64,000 nt of DNA from Bacteroidales bacterium (GTDB taxonomy: Bacteria > Bacteroidota > Bacteroidia > Bacteroidales > WCHB1-69). The DNA lies in contig JAKSMI010000001.1 of the NCBI GenBank assembly GCA_024400635.1, positions 193,534 to 257,533 of the forward strand, given 5' to 3'. The number at the start of each line of letters is the position of its first letter. Positions within the stretch are counted from its first letter, which is position 1. The position numbers and the translations under genes are program-made. Positions 40,265 through 49,831 of the stretch are shown here, piece by piece. Below the pieces are notes generated by a model. That model ran no database searches and was not told where the DNA came from. It saw only the letters and a program-made list of their open reading frames with translations.

Positions 40265-43200
40265 TTATAGTATGACTAATTTTTCAATTTTTTCAGCAGT
40301 TTTTCCTTCGGAAGTTCTTACACGAAGACGATAAATATAAGTTCCCTTGCCTATTTTGTCACCATACTCATCACGGCCATCCCAATGAATTGGATTACTG
40401 CGATTTCCATCCATAAATTGAGTTTCTGATATCGTTTTAATCACTTTTCCGCCGATAGTGAAAATTTGTATCAGGACGTCCAAGGCTTCGCCTGGATGAT
40501 TATGTTCAAAGAAAAAATCAGTATTGGTAGTAAAGGGATTGGGATAATTAAGCACGTGGTCAAGTGTCAATTGTTGTTCATTAGCCACGACAAACTCAAT
40601 TTCCCTTTCGGAAACATTATTCAAAATATCCCACGCACGGACTTTAATCTTATGATTTCCAGGCGTCAAATCCGATAATTGATAGCGCACCGTTCCCTTA
40701 TTGCAACTGTCTTGCTCGGCTTCGTAATGATCATTCAACACGATTTGCGCATCATTAGCATCGTCGAGGATGGCGACAAGGTCGTGCCCTACCCCATTGC
40801 CCGTCGTATTGACGCCCAACTCATCCTGTAATTTAATCAACAACAAAGGATTAGCATTTGTAATACCTTTATTGACAAAATTATCATCATTTAAATAAAT
40901 ATCAATTTGAGGCCCTTCATTATCTTGATAATGATTGCCACTATTACCACCAACCAAAAACTGGGAGGAAAAGCCAGCCGCGTCTGCCGAATTACTGCGG
41001 GCATAGTAGCTAAACTTACCATTCCCGTACGAATAATCAATATCTTTAGGAACAATAAAATGCAAGGTAAATTGTCCATTAGAGACCGTATTATTACCCT
41101 TAAAAAGCACATTTTTTTGCACTTTGAATTCTGCCACTTGACTTTCTTCAGGGTCATTTCCAAGGGTAAGCATAGACATTTCCTTATCAAAGAAAGAAGT
41201 GAAGACATTGCCATTGAAATCAGGCAAGACATTCCCATTTTCGTCCACTATGCGACCTTTGACAACCACTTCGGAAAGAGCTTTCAGCGTATCAGTGATG
41301 GCATTGGACGCCTGACCATTAATTGAATCCGTCACCACATAATATTCAGGCAAGGCTAAGGGCATTGACGGATCGCCCAAAACGATGAACATTGAAAGCG
41401 CGTCGCTATTGCCTCCAGCTTCATTTTTAGCCTTTCTATTCAATTCTCCGATGGTCCGGCAACGTCCGTCCTCTCGATTAAACATATTACTGAAAACGCG
41501 CTTTGCGTACATGGCATTGGAACCACCGTACGCCACGCGGGAAGTGGTAAGCAGACCAGTTGCGCCACCATTAGTATTGAAGAAACAAGCTTCTCCTGGA
41601 GATACTTCAGGGCGATCATACCAAGCAAAATCGCAAGACAAAGTCATAATAATCGGCTGATTATAAGCATTTTTCCAATTGTTAATATCAGAATACTCCA
41701 AAATTCTCTCATGAGCCCAGCCATCCTTACCACTATGTCCGACATAAGTAAAAAACAAGGCACCACGACTCATTCGGTCATTGATAGCTGTCGTTACTTC
41801 CGGAAAACGTTGTCCGCCGGAATTGGATTTTTGGACATAAGCATCACAATAAATTTTATCCAAATTGATAATCGGATTTACATCAGCGACAATTTCGGAA
41901 CAAGCTTCAGCCGTATTAAAATGCTCATTCATATCGCCATCATCGGCCACGAAAGCAATGACATTGCGCCAATCTGCAAAATTGGAAATTTGGGCAGAAC
42001 CTGTTGACACCAAATTATTCTTTGCCGTATAGTTGGTACACTTTCGCACAGCCAAATCAGCCTGAGCTGCCGTTGAAACCGGGAAACGACCGACCGCCAC
42101 ATCAACCATTCCCTGTGAACATTCACCTTCCCCATCATCCAGAATGCCAAAGAAATCATCATTGGCCCGAAAAGCAGATTCTGCGATATAACTACTGGCA
42201 GGTCGTTGATAATTAGGAACATATATAGATGTTCCTGAAACCAAACCGCGGTAATCGTAACTTGGTCTACCAAAAAGCAAGAGATATTTAGGATAAACGC
42301 CGTTGGATTTTTCGTAGATCATCTTCATATAATCACGGATAGCGACTGGATCCTGGGCGCCCGAAGAAAATTCGTTATAGACCTGTGACGGCGTCACCAC
42401 GCGGACGCTAATGCCCTGATGCTGGCGACGATACGTGGCCAGCTGTTGGGCCTGTGACAAGAAGTCTGGATGCGCAATAACAACCATATCCACCTGACTT
42501 TCAGCACTATGTAAATTCTGATTAGCAACTGAACCTATCAACGCCGGCGTTTTGTAAGAAGAACCGTCAAAAGCCACATATTCGCGGTAAGCAGTATCTA
42601 AAGCGAGAAACTTGAATGTTGAGCCTGTCAATGAGCCTGGCATCTGAACTGTATTTTCCGGAGTTGTCACATCCCAGACACGAAGTGTACTTCCGGCATT
42701 AGCAATTTCGTAGGATGCGATTCCGCTATTATATAAGTATTTAGCGTTATTAAAACGCATTTGAGAACCATTCATTCGCAAATCGCAAAGGGCTTGAATT
42801 GCAATATAATCCAGATATGCTTTTGTAGATGAAAGTGATCGATTATAATTCAGTGAGACAGATAATTCCGTTTGCATCGGCACAAAATCGAAAGTATTTT
42901 TAGCCAATTTCGCAACAACACCCGACTGCGAAGTAATATTTTGCACACCAACAGAATTACCATTAATGAAGATAGAAAAAGATGAAGAACTCGTGGCCGT
43001 GCTGGCCGATGCCAAAGTTAATTTCGCATTCGCTGATTTAACATTGGGAAATGTAAAATTATAACTACGCTGCAAGGTAACGTCAAACAAATCGGAAAAC
43101 CACTCCTGACCTGTCTGGTCCAAATTAGTGACATCCGTTTCGGAAAATTTGTAATCCACGTAATCCGTTACTGAACGTGAAGCACCGCCACTCATTGGTG

Positions 43201-44131
43201 AAGAAGTATTGACACGTTTATGATTACCAACACCACTCACACACAAAAAATAACAACTATAATTGGAGTAAATATTATATTGATGGGTAAACAACTGAGT
43301 ACCTGCATCGTACGAAATTCCGTGGGGAGATTTAGCATAGAAAACAAGATAATCTCCCGGACCAAAACTGCCATCACCGCCATCATGGATCTCAATGGGA
43401 AGTTCAAGCAAATCATCAGGACGCGGAGTGCCAGACACTTCAGAAAGGCGGCCGGTTCCATTACCAAACACGCCCAAAAGTTCGGAGGGAAGTGCCCCGC
43501 CCGAATAACCCAGTTCGACCAAATTATCATAAGAAATTTTATATAGCCCCGATTCGGTCACACCAACTTTGAACCATAAACCTGAAGCCAAAACAGATTG
43601 TGAGGAATAATTATGTCCAGATTTTGCAAGAGAATGTAAATATTTCGGATTCAGCGACAAATCGAAAGAAACCAGTTTCGAAATCTGCCCTGAAGCATCC
43701 TTGACGAAAGGGAGTAGTGAAACGACCGCATAATACCGTTTTTTATCCGAAAAGCATTTTACAAACACCTGAATATCAAACGATAAGAATTCATCCTGGA
43801 TTAAATTCCTATCTTTCGCATCAATAGGAACAAAATGTTGATTTGAAAGTTGTATATCGCAATCATCAAAAAACTTATCAACAGCGAATTTTTGACAAAA
43901 AACAGGTAAATCACCATAATTAAAATCTGAAATTGCACCGTCAAAGTACAGCATTTCGAGTGTAAAATCTTCATTTATATGGTAAATCAAGTTCTCTTTC
44001 CAATTTAAAGAAATGCTTTTTTGAATTTTTTGTGCCTGAATATCAACACTTTGCAAGAATAAATATAGAAAAAGCAAGGTGAGCACCCAAGATTTTGAGA
44101 AGAAGTAGCGTTTAATATGTACAAGTTGCAT
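40265..44131 (-). CDS. porU: Type IX secretion system sortase (C25/gingipain-like peptidase)
   Basis: Signal peptide from MQLVHIKRYFFSKSWVLTLLFLYLFL. Gingipain-like catalytic contexts YVGHSG (His) and TLSCDF (Cys). C-terminal T9SS-type beta-sandwich (GTYIYRLRV...KLVIL). The start was trimmed from 44272 to 44131. Confidence 0.85.
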   Translation of the reverse strand: MQLVHIKRYFFSKSWVLTLLFLYLFLQSVDIQAQKIQKSISLNWKENLIYHINEDFTLEMLYFDGAISDFNYGDLPVFCQKFAVDKFFDDCDIQLSNQHFVPIDAKDRNLIQDEFLSFDIQVFVKCFSDKKRYYAVVSLLPFVKDASGQISKLVSFDLSLNPKYLHSLAKSGHNYSSQSVLASGLWFKVGVTESGLYKISYDNLVELGYSGGALPSELLGVFGNGTGRLSEVSGTPRPDDLLELPIEIHDGGDGSFGPGDYLVFYAKSPHGISYDAGTQLFTHQYNIYSNYSCYFLCVSGVGNHKRVNTSSPMSGGASRSVTDYVDYKFSETDVTNLDQTGQEWFSDLFDVTLQRSYNFTFPNVKSANAKLTLASASTATSSSSFSIFINGNSVGVQNITSQSGVVAKLAKNTFDFVPMQTELSVSLNYNRSLSSTKAYLDYIAIQALCDLRMNGSQMRFNNAKYLYNSGIASYEIANAGSTLRVWDVTTPENTVQMPGSLTGSTFKFLALDTAYREYVAFDGSSYKTPALIGSVANQNLHSAESQVDMVVIAHPDFLSQAQQLATYRRQHQGISVRVVTPSQVYNEFSSGAQDPVAIRDYMKMIYEKSNGVYPKYLLLFGRPSYDYRGLVSGTSIYVPNYQRPASSYIAESAFRANDDFFGILDDGEGECSQGMVDVAVGRFPVSTAAQADLAVRKCTNYTAKNNLVSTGSAQISNFADWRNVIAFVADDGDMNEHFNTAEACSEIVADVNPIINLDKIYCDAYVQKSNSGGQRFPEVTTAINDRMSRGALFFTYVGHSGKDGWAHERILEYSDINNWKNAYNQPIIMTLSCDFAWYDRPEVSPGEACFFNTNGGATGLLTTSRVAYGGSNAMYAKRVFSNMFNREDGRCRTIGELNRKAKNEAGGNSDALSMFIVLGDPSMPLALPEYYVVTDSINGQASNAITDTLKALSEVVVKGRIVDENGNVLPDFNGNVFTSFFDKEMSMLTLGNDPEESQVAEFKVQKNVLFKGNNTVSNGQFTLHFIVPKDIDYSYGNGKFSYYARSNSADAAGFSSQFLVGGNSGNHYQDNEGPQIDIYLNDDNFVNKGITNANPLLLIKLQDELGVNTTGNGVGHDLVAILDDANDAQIVLNDHYEAEQDSCNKGTVRYQLSDLTPGNHKIKVRAWDILNNVSEREIEFVVANEQQLTLDHVLNYPNPFTTNTDFFFEHNHPGEALDVLIQIFTIGGKVIKTISETQFMDGNRSNPIHWDGRDEYGDKIGKGTYIYRLRVRTSEGKTAEKIEKLVIL

Positions 44132-44225
44132 AGCGTCTATATAAGAATGATGAAAAACGCTTGCAAAATTGCAAAAAAAATAAACGCAAATATAAAAAAC
44201 GGAAACAAAATTCAAAAAAAAATAG

Positions 44226-44233
44226 TAATTTTG
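44226..44233 (+). promoter_or_regulatory. -7 box TAATTTTG upstream of the PorP/SprF-family gene
   Basis: TAnnTTTG match 19 nt upstream of the ATG at 44253. Confidence 0.4.
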
Positions 44234-44252
44234 CGGATTAAAAAATAAAACT

Positions 44253-45254
44253 ATGCATAAGCGAATTATCATACTGACAACAATTTTTGTGATGCTTTTT
44301 GGGGGCGGAGCAATGGCCCAAGATGCGCATTTCTCACAATTTTATGCCAATCCGCTTTATATGAACCCTGCCTTTGCCGGTACTAATGTCTGTCCCAGAA
44401 TCACATTGAACTTCCGCGATCAATGGCCTTCGATGAAGGGTACATTCATGTCTTTTTCGGCAGCATACGACCAACACTTCGACAAGATTGCGGGTGGTAT
44501 TGGCGTGATGGCTTTCGGTGACCGTTGCGGACAGGATGCAACGATTCAGTCATACGAGGCAAGTTTCATGTATTCCTTCAAGGTTAAAGTCAGCAAGAAA
44601 TTCAACATGCGCTTTGCCTTGCAATTTTCGTATTTGACCTACATTCTCAACACCCAGAATCTCACCTTTGGAGATATGATTGATCCCAAATACGGGTTCA
44701 TCTATCAAACGAATGAAAACTTAGCATCATGGAACAACACCACAGACCATAGTTTTGACTTGGCAGCTGGTTTCTTAGGTTATACGCAACATTTCTATTT
44801 TGGTTATGCCGCTCATCATTTGAATATGCCTTACATCAGCTTTGTTCAGGAAGAACGTTACCGCCTTCCAGTTAAGCACACAGCTCACGTAGGTGCAAAT
44901 TTCGATGTCAAGAGAAAAAGTAAAAAAGAGCACAACTTCGGTGACATTTCTTTAAGTCCCAACATCGTATTCCAATACCAAGGCGGACTTTGCTACATGA
45001 GTGAAGGTATGTACGTTAGCCTTTACCCCGTAACATTGGGAGCCTGGCTGCGTCACAGTTTCAAAAACGTTGACGCCGTCATCTTCAGCGTTGGCATTGA
45101 ATATGAATTCATTCGCGTAGGTTATTCCTACGACTTGACCGTCAGCAAGTTGGTAAACCTAACGGGCGGAGCGCACGAAGTTTCATTGCAATTCCTGTTG
45201 CCATGTCTTGAAAAACGCAAACCCGTAAAAGACCTTGAATGTCCACACTTCTAA
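44253..45254 (+). CDS. PorP/SprF-family type IX secretion outer-membrane protein
   Basis: A signal peptide is followed by the family hallmark QDAHFSQFYANPLYMNPAFAG. About 330 aa with beta-barrel-like alternating hydrophobicity. Confidence 0.85.
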   Translation: MHKRIIILTTIFVMLFGGGAMAQDAHFSQFYANPLYMNPAFAGTNVCPRITLNFRDQWPSMKGTFMSFSAAYDQHFDKIAGGIGVMAFGDRCGQDATIQSYEASFMYSFKVKVSKKFNMRFALQFSYLTYILNTQNLTFGDMIDPKYGFIYQTNENLASWNNTTDHSFDLAAGFLGYTQHFYFGYAAHHLNMPYISFVQEERYRLPVKHTAHVGANFDVKRKSKKEHNFGDISLSPNIVFQYQGGLCYMSEGMYVSLYPVTLGAWLRHSFKNVDAVIFSVGIEYEFIRVGYSYDLTVSKLVNLTGGAHEVSLQFLLPCLEKRKPVKDLECPHF

Positions 45255-45314
45255 AATCCAATCAACAATAATATATATTTCATTACGTTAATTAATAAAA
45301 CAAATCATAAACTT

Positions 45315-46814
45315 ATGAATAAGTTCTCAAAGACCTCGGCATTAATGATTGTAGCAAGCATTGCACTGCTCTTTTCATCTTGCAAAAAAGAAGTTTCACC
45401 AACGACGGGCTGGACGTATAACGACCCCAAAAACGGTGGCTTTGAAGTTTATCCTTTCACAGAACAAGAAACTGGGCCTGGCCTGGTGTTCATCGAAGGC
45501 GGTTCATTTATCATGGGCGACATGGAAGAAGATGTGATGTATGACGTAAACAACACACCACGTCGTGTTTCCGTTGCGTCATTCTATATGGATGAATGCG
45601 AAATCAGCAATGTTGACTACCTCGAATATCTGAACTGGTTGGATCGCGTATTCACACCTCAGGATTTGAAAGTCGTATATGACAACGCTCTTCCTGATGA
45701 AAATGTTTGGCGCGAACGTTTGGGATACAATGAACCCGACGTTGAGAACTATTTTAGATATCCTGCTTTCCGTGAATATCCTGTTGTTGGTGTCAACTGG
45801 CTGCAGGCTGTCAACTATGCGGCTTGGCGTACAGACCGTGTGAATGAACAGATTCTGGTTGACCACGGCTATATAGAATGGGTTCCCGAACCAAGTGCCG
45901 AAGGCTACTTTAACACTGATGCCTACTTGACATACGAATCATACGAAGGTGAAAGCGACCGCCGTCTGCAATACATCACTACTGGTGAATTCAGGAATGT
46001 CAAAATGGAAGACGGTATCCTTCTGCCGAAGTACAGACTCCCGACCGAAGCCGAATGGGAATATGCAGCATACGGTTTGATTGGCAACACTGCTAACGGT
46101 CGTATCCTCGACAGAAAAGTTTATCCTTGGAATGGCCATGCTATCCGTACCGACGATAAGAAATACATGGGTGAATTCATTGACAATACTCGCCTTGGCC
46201 GTGGTGACCTTATGGGCGTTGCTGGCAACCTTAACGACGCTGGTTTCAAAACTGTTCGCGTTAAATCTGGCTGGCCTAACGATTATGGTCTCTACCACAT
46301 GGCTGGTAATGTGGCTGAATGGGTTATGGATGTTTACAGACAGAGTTCTCATGACGATGTGTCGGAATTCAATCCATTCCGTGGTAACTACTTCGAAACC
46401 AAGAAATTATTGGAAGACGGTACCGTCGCAGAACGCGATAGCATTGGTAAGATTCCTATGGTTCCCGTATCAGACTTTAAAAACGACAGAAGACGCAACT
46501 ACCGTTCTGCCGACAACAAAAACTATCTGGATGGTGATTGGGCTTCATTGTATAACACTGAAGAATGGACCAAAGGTATTACTGGCGACGAAAGCTCAAC
46601 TGACTTGATGTATCCGAAAGAAACTGGTGAAAACCCAATGTACTCATTGGTTAGCGACCACGCACGCGTCTACAAGGGTGGTTCATGGCGCGACATCCCT
46701 TACTGGTGCGCACCTGGTGCCCGCCGTTACATGGACGAAGACGAATCAACTGACTACATCGGTTTCCGTTGTGCCATGTCCCGTCTCGGTTCACAATACC
46801 TTGGTGGCAAATAG
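45315..46814 (+). CDS. gldJ: GldJ/GldK(PorK)-family lipoprotein with FGE-sulfatase (SUMF1) domain; best guess GldJ
   Basis: Lipobox LLFSSC, then TGWTYNDPKNGGFEV...GPGLVFIEGGSFIMG, YRLPTEAEWEYAA, GNVAEWV, GGSWRD and GFRC. No gldL/M/N follows, which argues against GldK/PorK. Confidence 0.65.
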   Translation: MNKFSKTSALMIVASIALLFSSCKKEVSPTTGWTYNDPKNGGFEVYPFTEQETGPGLVFIEGGSFIMGDMEEDVMYDVNNTPRRVSVASFYMDECEISNVDYLEYLNWLDRVFTPQDLKVVYDNALPDENVWRERLGYNEPDVENYFRYPAFREYPVVGVNWLQAVNYAAWRTDRVNEQILVDHGYIEWVPEPSAEGYFNTDAYLTYESYEGESDRRLQYITTGEFRNVKMEDGILLPKYRLPTEAEWEYAAYGLIGNTANGRILDRKVYPWNGHAIRTDDKKYMGEFIDNTRLGRGDLMGVAGNLNDAGFKTVRVKSGWPNDYGLYHMAGNVAEWVMDVYRQSSHDDVSEFNPFRGNYFETKKLLEDGTVAERDSIGKIPMVPVSDFKNDRRRNYRSADNKNYLDGDWASLYNTEEWTKGITGDESSTDLMYPKETGENPMYSLVSDHARVYKGGSWRDIPYWCAPGARRYMDEDESTDYIGFRCAMSRLGSQYLGGK

Positions 46815-46843
46815 AATTGATTATTTACAACTAAACATATTAT

Positions 46844-46871
46844 GGGAGATGCTCAAACATCTCCCTTTTTT
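46844..46871 (+). terminator. Rho-independent terminator after the gldJ-like gene
   Basis: GGGAGATG / CATCTCCC 8-bp stem with a 6-nt loop, followed by TTTTTT. Confidence 0.65.
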
Positions 46872-46893
46872 CTATCAAATCCTAAAGATACTT

Positions 46894-47955
46894 ATGACTG
46901 AATATCAAAAACTCATTGACGAACTGACGAAGAATCACATTCTTAAATCCGACGAATTACTTCAACTTATTGAATGTAATGATGCCGAAGCCCTTGATTA
47001 TCTCTTTTCAAAATCGCGTCAATGTAGAGAATTGTCTTATGGTAAGGATATCTATATTCGCGGCTTGATAGAAATTTCAAACTGCTGCAAAAACGACTGC
47101 TATTATTGTGGAATCCGTCGCAGCAACACCAACGTTCAACGTTACCATTTAACGACAGAGCAGATTCGAGAATGTTGTAGATTAGGCTATGAATTAGGAT
47201 TCCGGACTTTTGTCCTGCAAGGTGGTGAAGATCTCTATTATGATGATGATAAGTTATGCCTTTTGATTTCTGAAATCAAGAAGGAGTTTAGTGATTGCGC
47301 GCTCACCTTATCACTGGGAGAGAAAAGCCGCGAAAGTTACCAGCGCTACTATGATGCCGGAGCTGATCGCTATTTGCTGCGCCACGAAACGGCTAACGAA
47401 GTCCATTACGGACGCCTTCACCCTGACGAAATGTCGGCGAAGAACAGAAAACAATGCCTATATGATCTCAAAGAAATTGGCTATCAAGTAGGCAGCGGCT
47501 TTATGGTCGGCTCACCTTACCAGACAACAAAACTCATCGTGGAAGATTTATTGTTTCTCAAGGACTTGCAGCCTGCAATGGTCGGCATAGGGCCATTCAT
47601 ACCACACCACGAAACTCCCTTTGCGGCAGAAACTGGAGGCACACTCGAACAGACACTCACGCTCATCGCCCTTATCCGACTGCTATTGCCCCACGCACTG
47701 ATTCCTGCAACTACAGCATTGGGGACCATTGCCTCTGACGGTCGAAGCCGCGGTATTCTTGCCGGAGCTAATGTCATCATGCCCAATCTCTCGCCAGAGG
47801 ATGTCCGTCAGAAATACATGATATATGACAACAAGCTCAGTACTGGCGCGGAAGCTGCCGAATCCTTGAACCAGCTGAAGGAAGAGATGAAAAAAATCGG
47901 ATACCAAGTTGTGGTAAGTAGAGGGGATGTTATTAAGATGAAAGATGACGCCTAA
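46894..47955 (+). CDS. hydE: [FeFe]-hydrogenase H-cluster radical-SAM maturase
   Basis: Radical-SAM CKNDCYYC. Long colinear similarity to HydE, including GADRYLLRHETAN, MVGIGPFIPH and IPATTALGT. The start was set to the ATG at 46894, after the upstream terminator. Confidence 0.85.
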   Translation: MTEYQKLIDELTKNHILKSDELLQLIECNDAEALDYLFSKSRQCRELSYGKDIYIRGLIEISNCCKNDCYYCGIRRSNTNVQRYHLTTEQIRECCRLGYELGFRTFVLQGGEDLYYDDDKLCLLISEIKKEFSDCALTLSLGEKSRESYQRYYDAGADRYLLRHETANEVHYGRLHPDEMSAKNRKQCLYDLKEIGYQVGSGFMVGSPYQTTKLIVEDLLFLKDLQPAMVGIGPFIPHHETPFAAETGGTLEQTLTLIALIRLLLPHALIPATTALGTIASDGRSRGILAGANVIMPNLSPEDVRQKYMIYDNKLSTGAEAAESLNQLKEEMKKIGYQVVVSRGDVIKMKDDA

Positions 47956-49160
47956 TTCCTTGGTTTTTTCTTTCGGCAAAGAATCACTACAATACCAGCC
48001 ATAAGCACCAAATAAGCAGTCCATAAGAGTGTCGTTTTGTCATATGACAAATGATCGAGGCTAACACGTTCTAACGAAAATTCATTGCCATAACGGGTAA
48101 TAGGATTCAGCCATAACTCGGTTCCATCGGCAAAATACAAGACGGTTCTTACATATTGATTTTCCGACTGAATAATGTATTGAGCTTCATTCACATTAGT
48201 TACAGTGCTTAGAACTTGTCCACCTTGGCCAATAAATTCAGCCTTAACAATGGTTTTGCTCGCTCTAACGACCAATGTATCGGTTTCCAAATCAACCTTG
48301 GTTATGTATGGCAGATTATCATGTAAACGCTGCACTTTATGCTCTATAGTTTCAGTTTTGAAAGGATCTATTGGGAAACACACTCCCACAGCTTTGCCTG
48401 ATTCCAATGCGGCGAACAAATGCTCTGCATCATTTTCCAGAGAGTTTATCATCGTGAAGCAATTGGCGGGGTCGTTGATATTGTCCATATTGTGCGCATC
48501 ATCACTTGCGAGGAGATAGGCCAAATGACCATTCGACAAAGCCTCATCCCAATACGCCGGTGATTTGCAATAGCCATTGAGCACTTCCAATAATTTATAA
48601 TTACTCAAATACTTAAAATCCTGAACTTTATAGCCGCCACTGACAAATGACGGATGCGCCGGAACCACCAAACGAGAGCCTTCTGCCAAGCAATTGATAT
48701 TATGCTGCTTCATGCTCAGGGTCTGCCAAAAAGGATAATCAATGTGACGGACACGCTCGGCTCCTATACATAATTGATGAATCTTAAATAAACCATAGCC
48801 ATGTTCGTAGGCGGGAATAAAATCATTTTTATCTGACTTATAATAAGTTATATTATTATAATTCGAAATTCCAATATGATCATAGCCAAACAACTGATAC
48901 ACGCTGTCCAATCGTTCATTGGTATTGTTTCTTCCATTAGTAAATCCTCCCGCCTGACGCGTATGCGCATGAAAATTGCACTGCAACCAAGCTGTAGAAT
49001 CCATTCCATCGTACGGATTGTGTAAATTGGGACCAGAAAACACTTGTGGCTCATCAAAATCATATATAGGAGAAAATAAACTGAAAATCAGCATTATGAC
49101 TACTGGCAATAAAATTATCAGTATCAATATTTTCGAACTATATTTCAGAATTTTCTTCAC
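47952..49160 (-). CDS. PHP-like metal-dependent phosphoesterase with N- and C-terminal transmembrane helices
   Basis: PHP-type motifs occur in order: NFHAHT, YEHGYG, VPAHPSF, SDDAHN. TM helices sit at residues ~10-30 and ~375-395, flanked by basic residues (MKKILKYSSK; CRKKKPRN). Confidence 0.5.
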   Translation of the reverse strand: MKKILKYSSKILILIILLPVVIMLIFSLFSPIYDFDEPQVFSGPNLHNPYDGMDSTAWLQCNFHAHTRQAGGFTNGRNNTNERLDSVYQLFGYDHIGISNYNNITYYKSDKNDFIPAYEHGYGLFKIHQLCIGAERVRHIDYPFWQTLSMKQHNINCLAEGSRLVVPAHPSFVSGGYKVQDFKYLSNYKLLEVLNGYCKSPAYWDEALSNGHLAYLLASDDAHNMDNINDPANCFTMINSLENDAEHLFAALESGKAVGVCFPIDPFKTETIEHKVQRLHDNLPYITKVDLETDTLVVRASKTIVKAEFIGQGGQVLSTVTNVNEAQYIIQSENQYVRTVLYFADGTELWLNPITRYGNEFSLERVSLDHLSYDKTTLLWTAYLVLMAGIVVILCRKKKPRN

Positions 49161-49174
49161 AATAAATAAATTTA

Positions 49175-49831
49175 TTAGTTTTCAAAACTACGATAAACAA
49201 TGCCTCGTCCATTTTGAATTTCAATTGTAAAAGCATCGCCTTCAGCGACATTCAAACTTCCTTCCCACAATTGACTGAACCGACGATTTTTCACGGGATA
49301 CTTCAAGCCGGAAAAAGTAAACGACGCCTGACCATCCAAACAAAAGACGGATACTTCCTGACCTGGGAACGACACAAACTGATGCTTCGTTTGGATGAAA
49401 GAGAAAATACCATAACGACTCACCATCACCACATCCAATTGGGGTGCGAACATGTTCAAAATCGACAAATTGGCCAATTGGTGATCCTCGCGCAATCCCG
49501 ACGCTCCCAATATGGCCACATGATTATAATATTTTGATATGCAATATTTTAATACCTTTTGCAAATCATTGTATTCAATATTCGTATCGGGATGAAGAAT
49601 AGATTTGTATTTATGCTTTGCCTCAACAGACAAAGAGTCCAAATCTCCGACGACGGCTTCGGGTAAAATATTGATTTTTAGCAATTTGTCAAAAGCGCCA
49701 TCACAACAAACGACATGTTCAGCAGTATGCAACAATGACATTGCCAACGCACCGTCAGGCGACTCGCCATTGGCCACAATTATCGTTTTATAGCGCGACA
49801 ATTCTTCGGCAAAAACACTCATTTTATTCAT
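49175..49831 (-). CDS. Thiamine diphosphokinase
   Basis: About 218 aa. IIVANGE, VVCCDGA and VVGDLDS motifs, with a C-terminal thiamine-binding beta domain. Confidence 0.8.
   Translation of the reverse strand: MNKMSVFAEELSRYKTIIVANGESPDGALAMSLLHTAEHVVCCDGAFDKLLKINILPEAVVGDLDSLSVEAKHKYKSILHPDTNIEYNDLQKVLKYCISKYYNHVAILGASGLREDHQLANLSILNMFAPQLDVVMVSRYGIFSFIQTKHQFVSFPGQEVSVFCLDGQASFTFSGLKYPVKNRRFSQLWEGSLNVAEGDAFTIEIQNGRGIVYRSFEN

Noticed and set aside
44132-44272. 47-codon N-terminal extension of the PorU ORF, overlapping the start of the divergent PorP/SprF-family gene
   Set aside because: The extension is a Phe/Tyr/Asn-rich translation of AT-rich promoter DNA. The internal Met at 44131 is followed by a proper signal peptide.
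45315-46814. Calling the FGE-sulfatase lipoprotein PorK/GldK
   Set aside because: gldK/porK is normally followed by gldL/M/N (porL/M/N), which are absent here. The N-terminal TGWTYND...GGFEV pattern fits my recollection of GldJ better. I kept the call as a GldJ-like family assignment with moderate confidence.
46627-46893. Upstream extension of the hydE ORF
   Set aside because: It overlaps the 3' end of the gldJ-like gene and runs through its terminator hairpin. HydE similarity begins at the Met at 46894.
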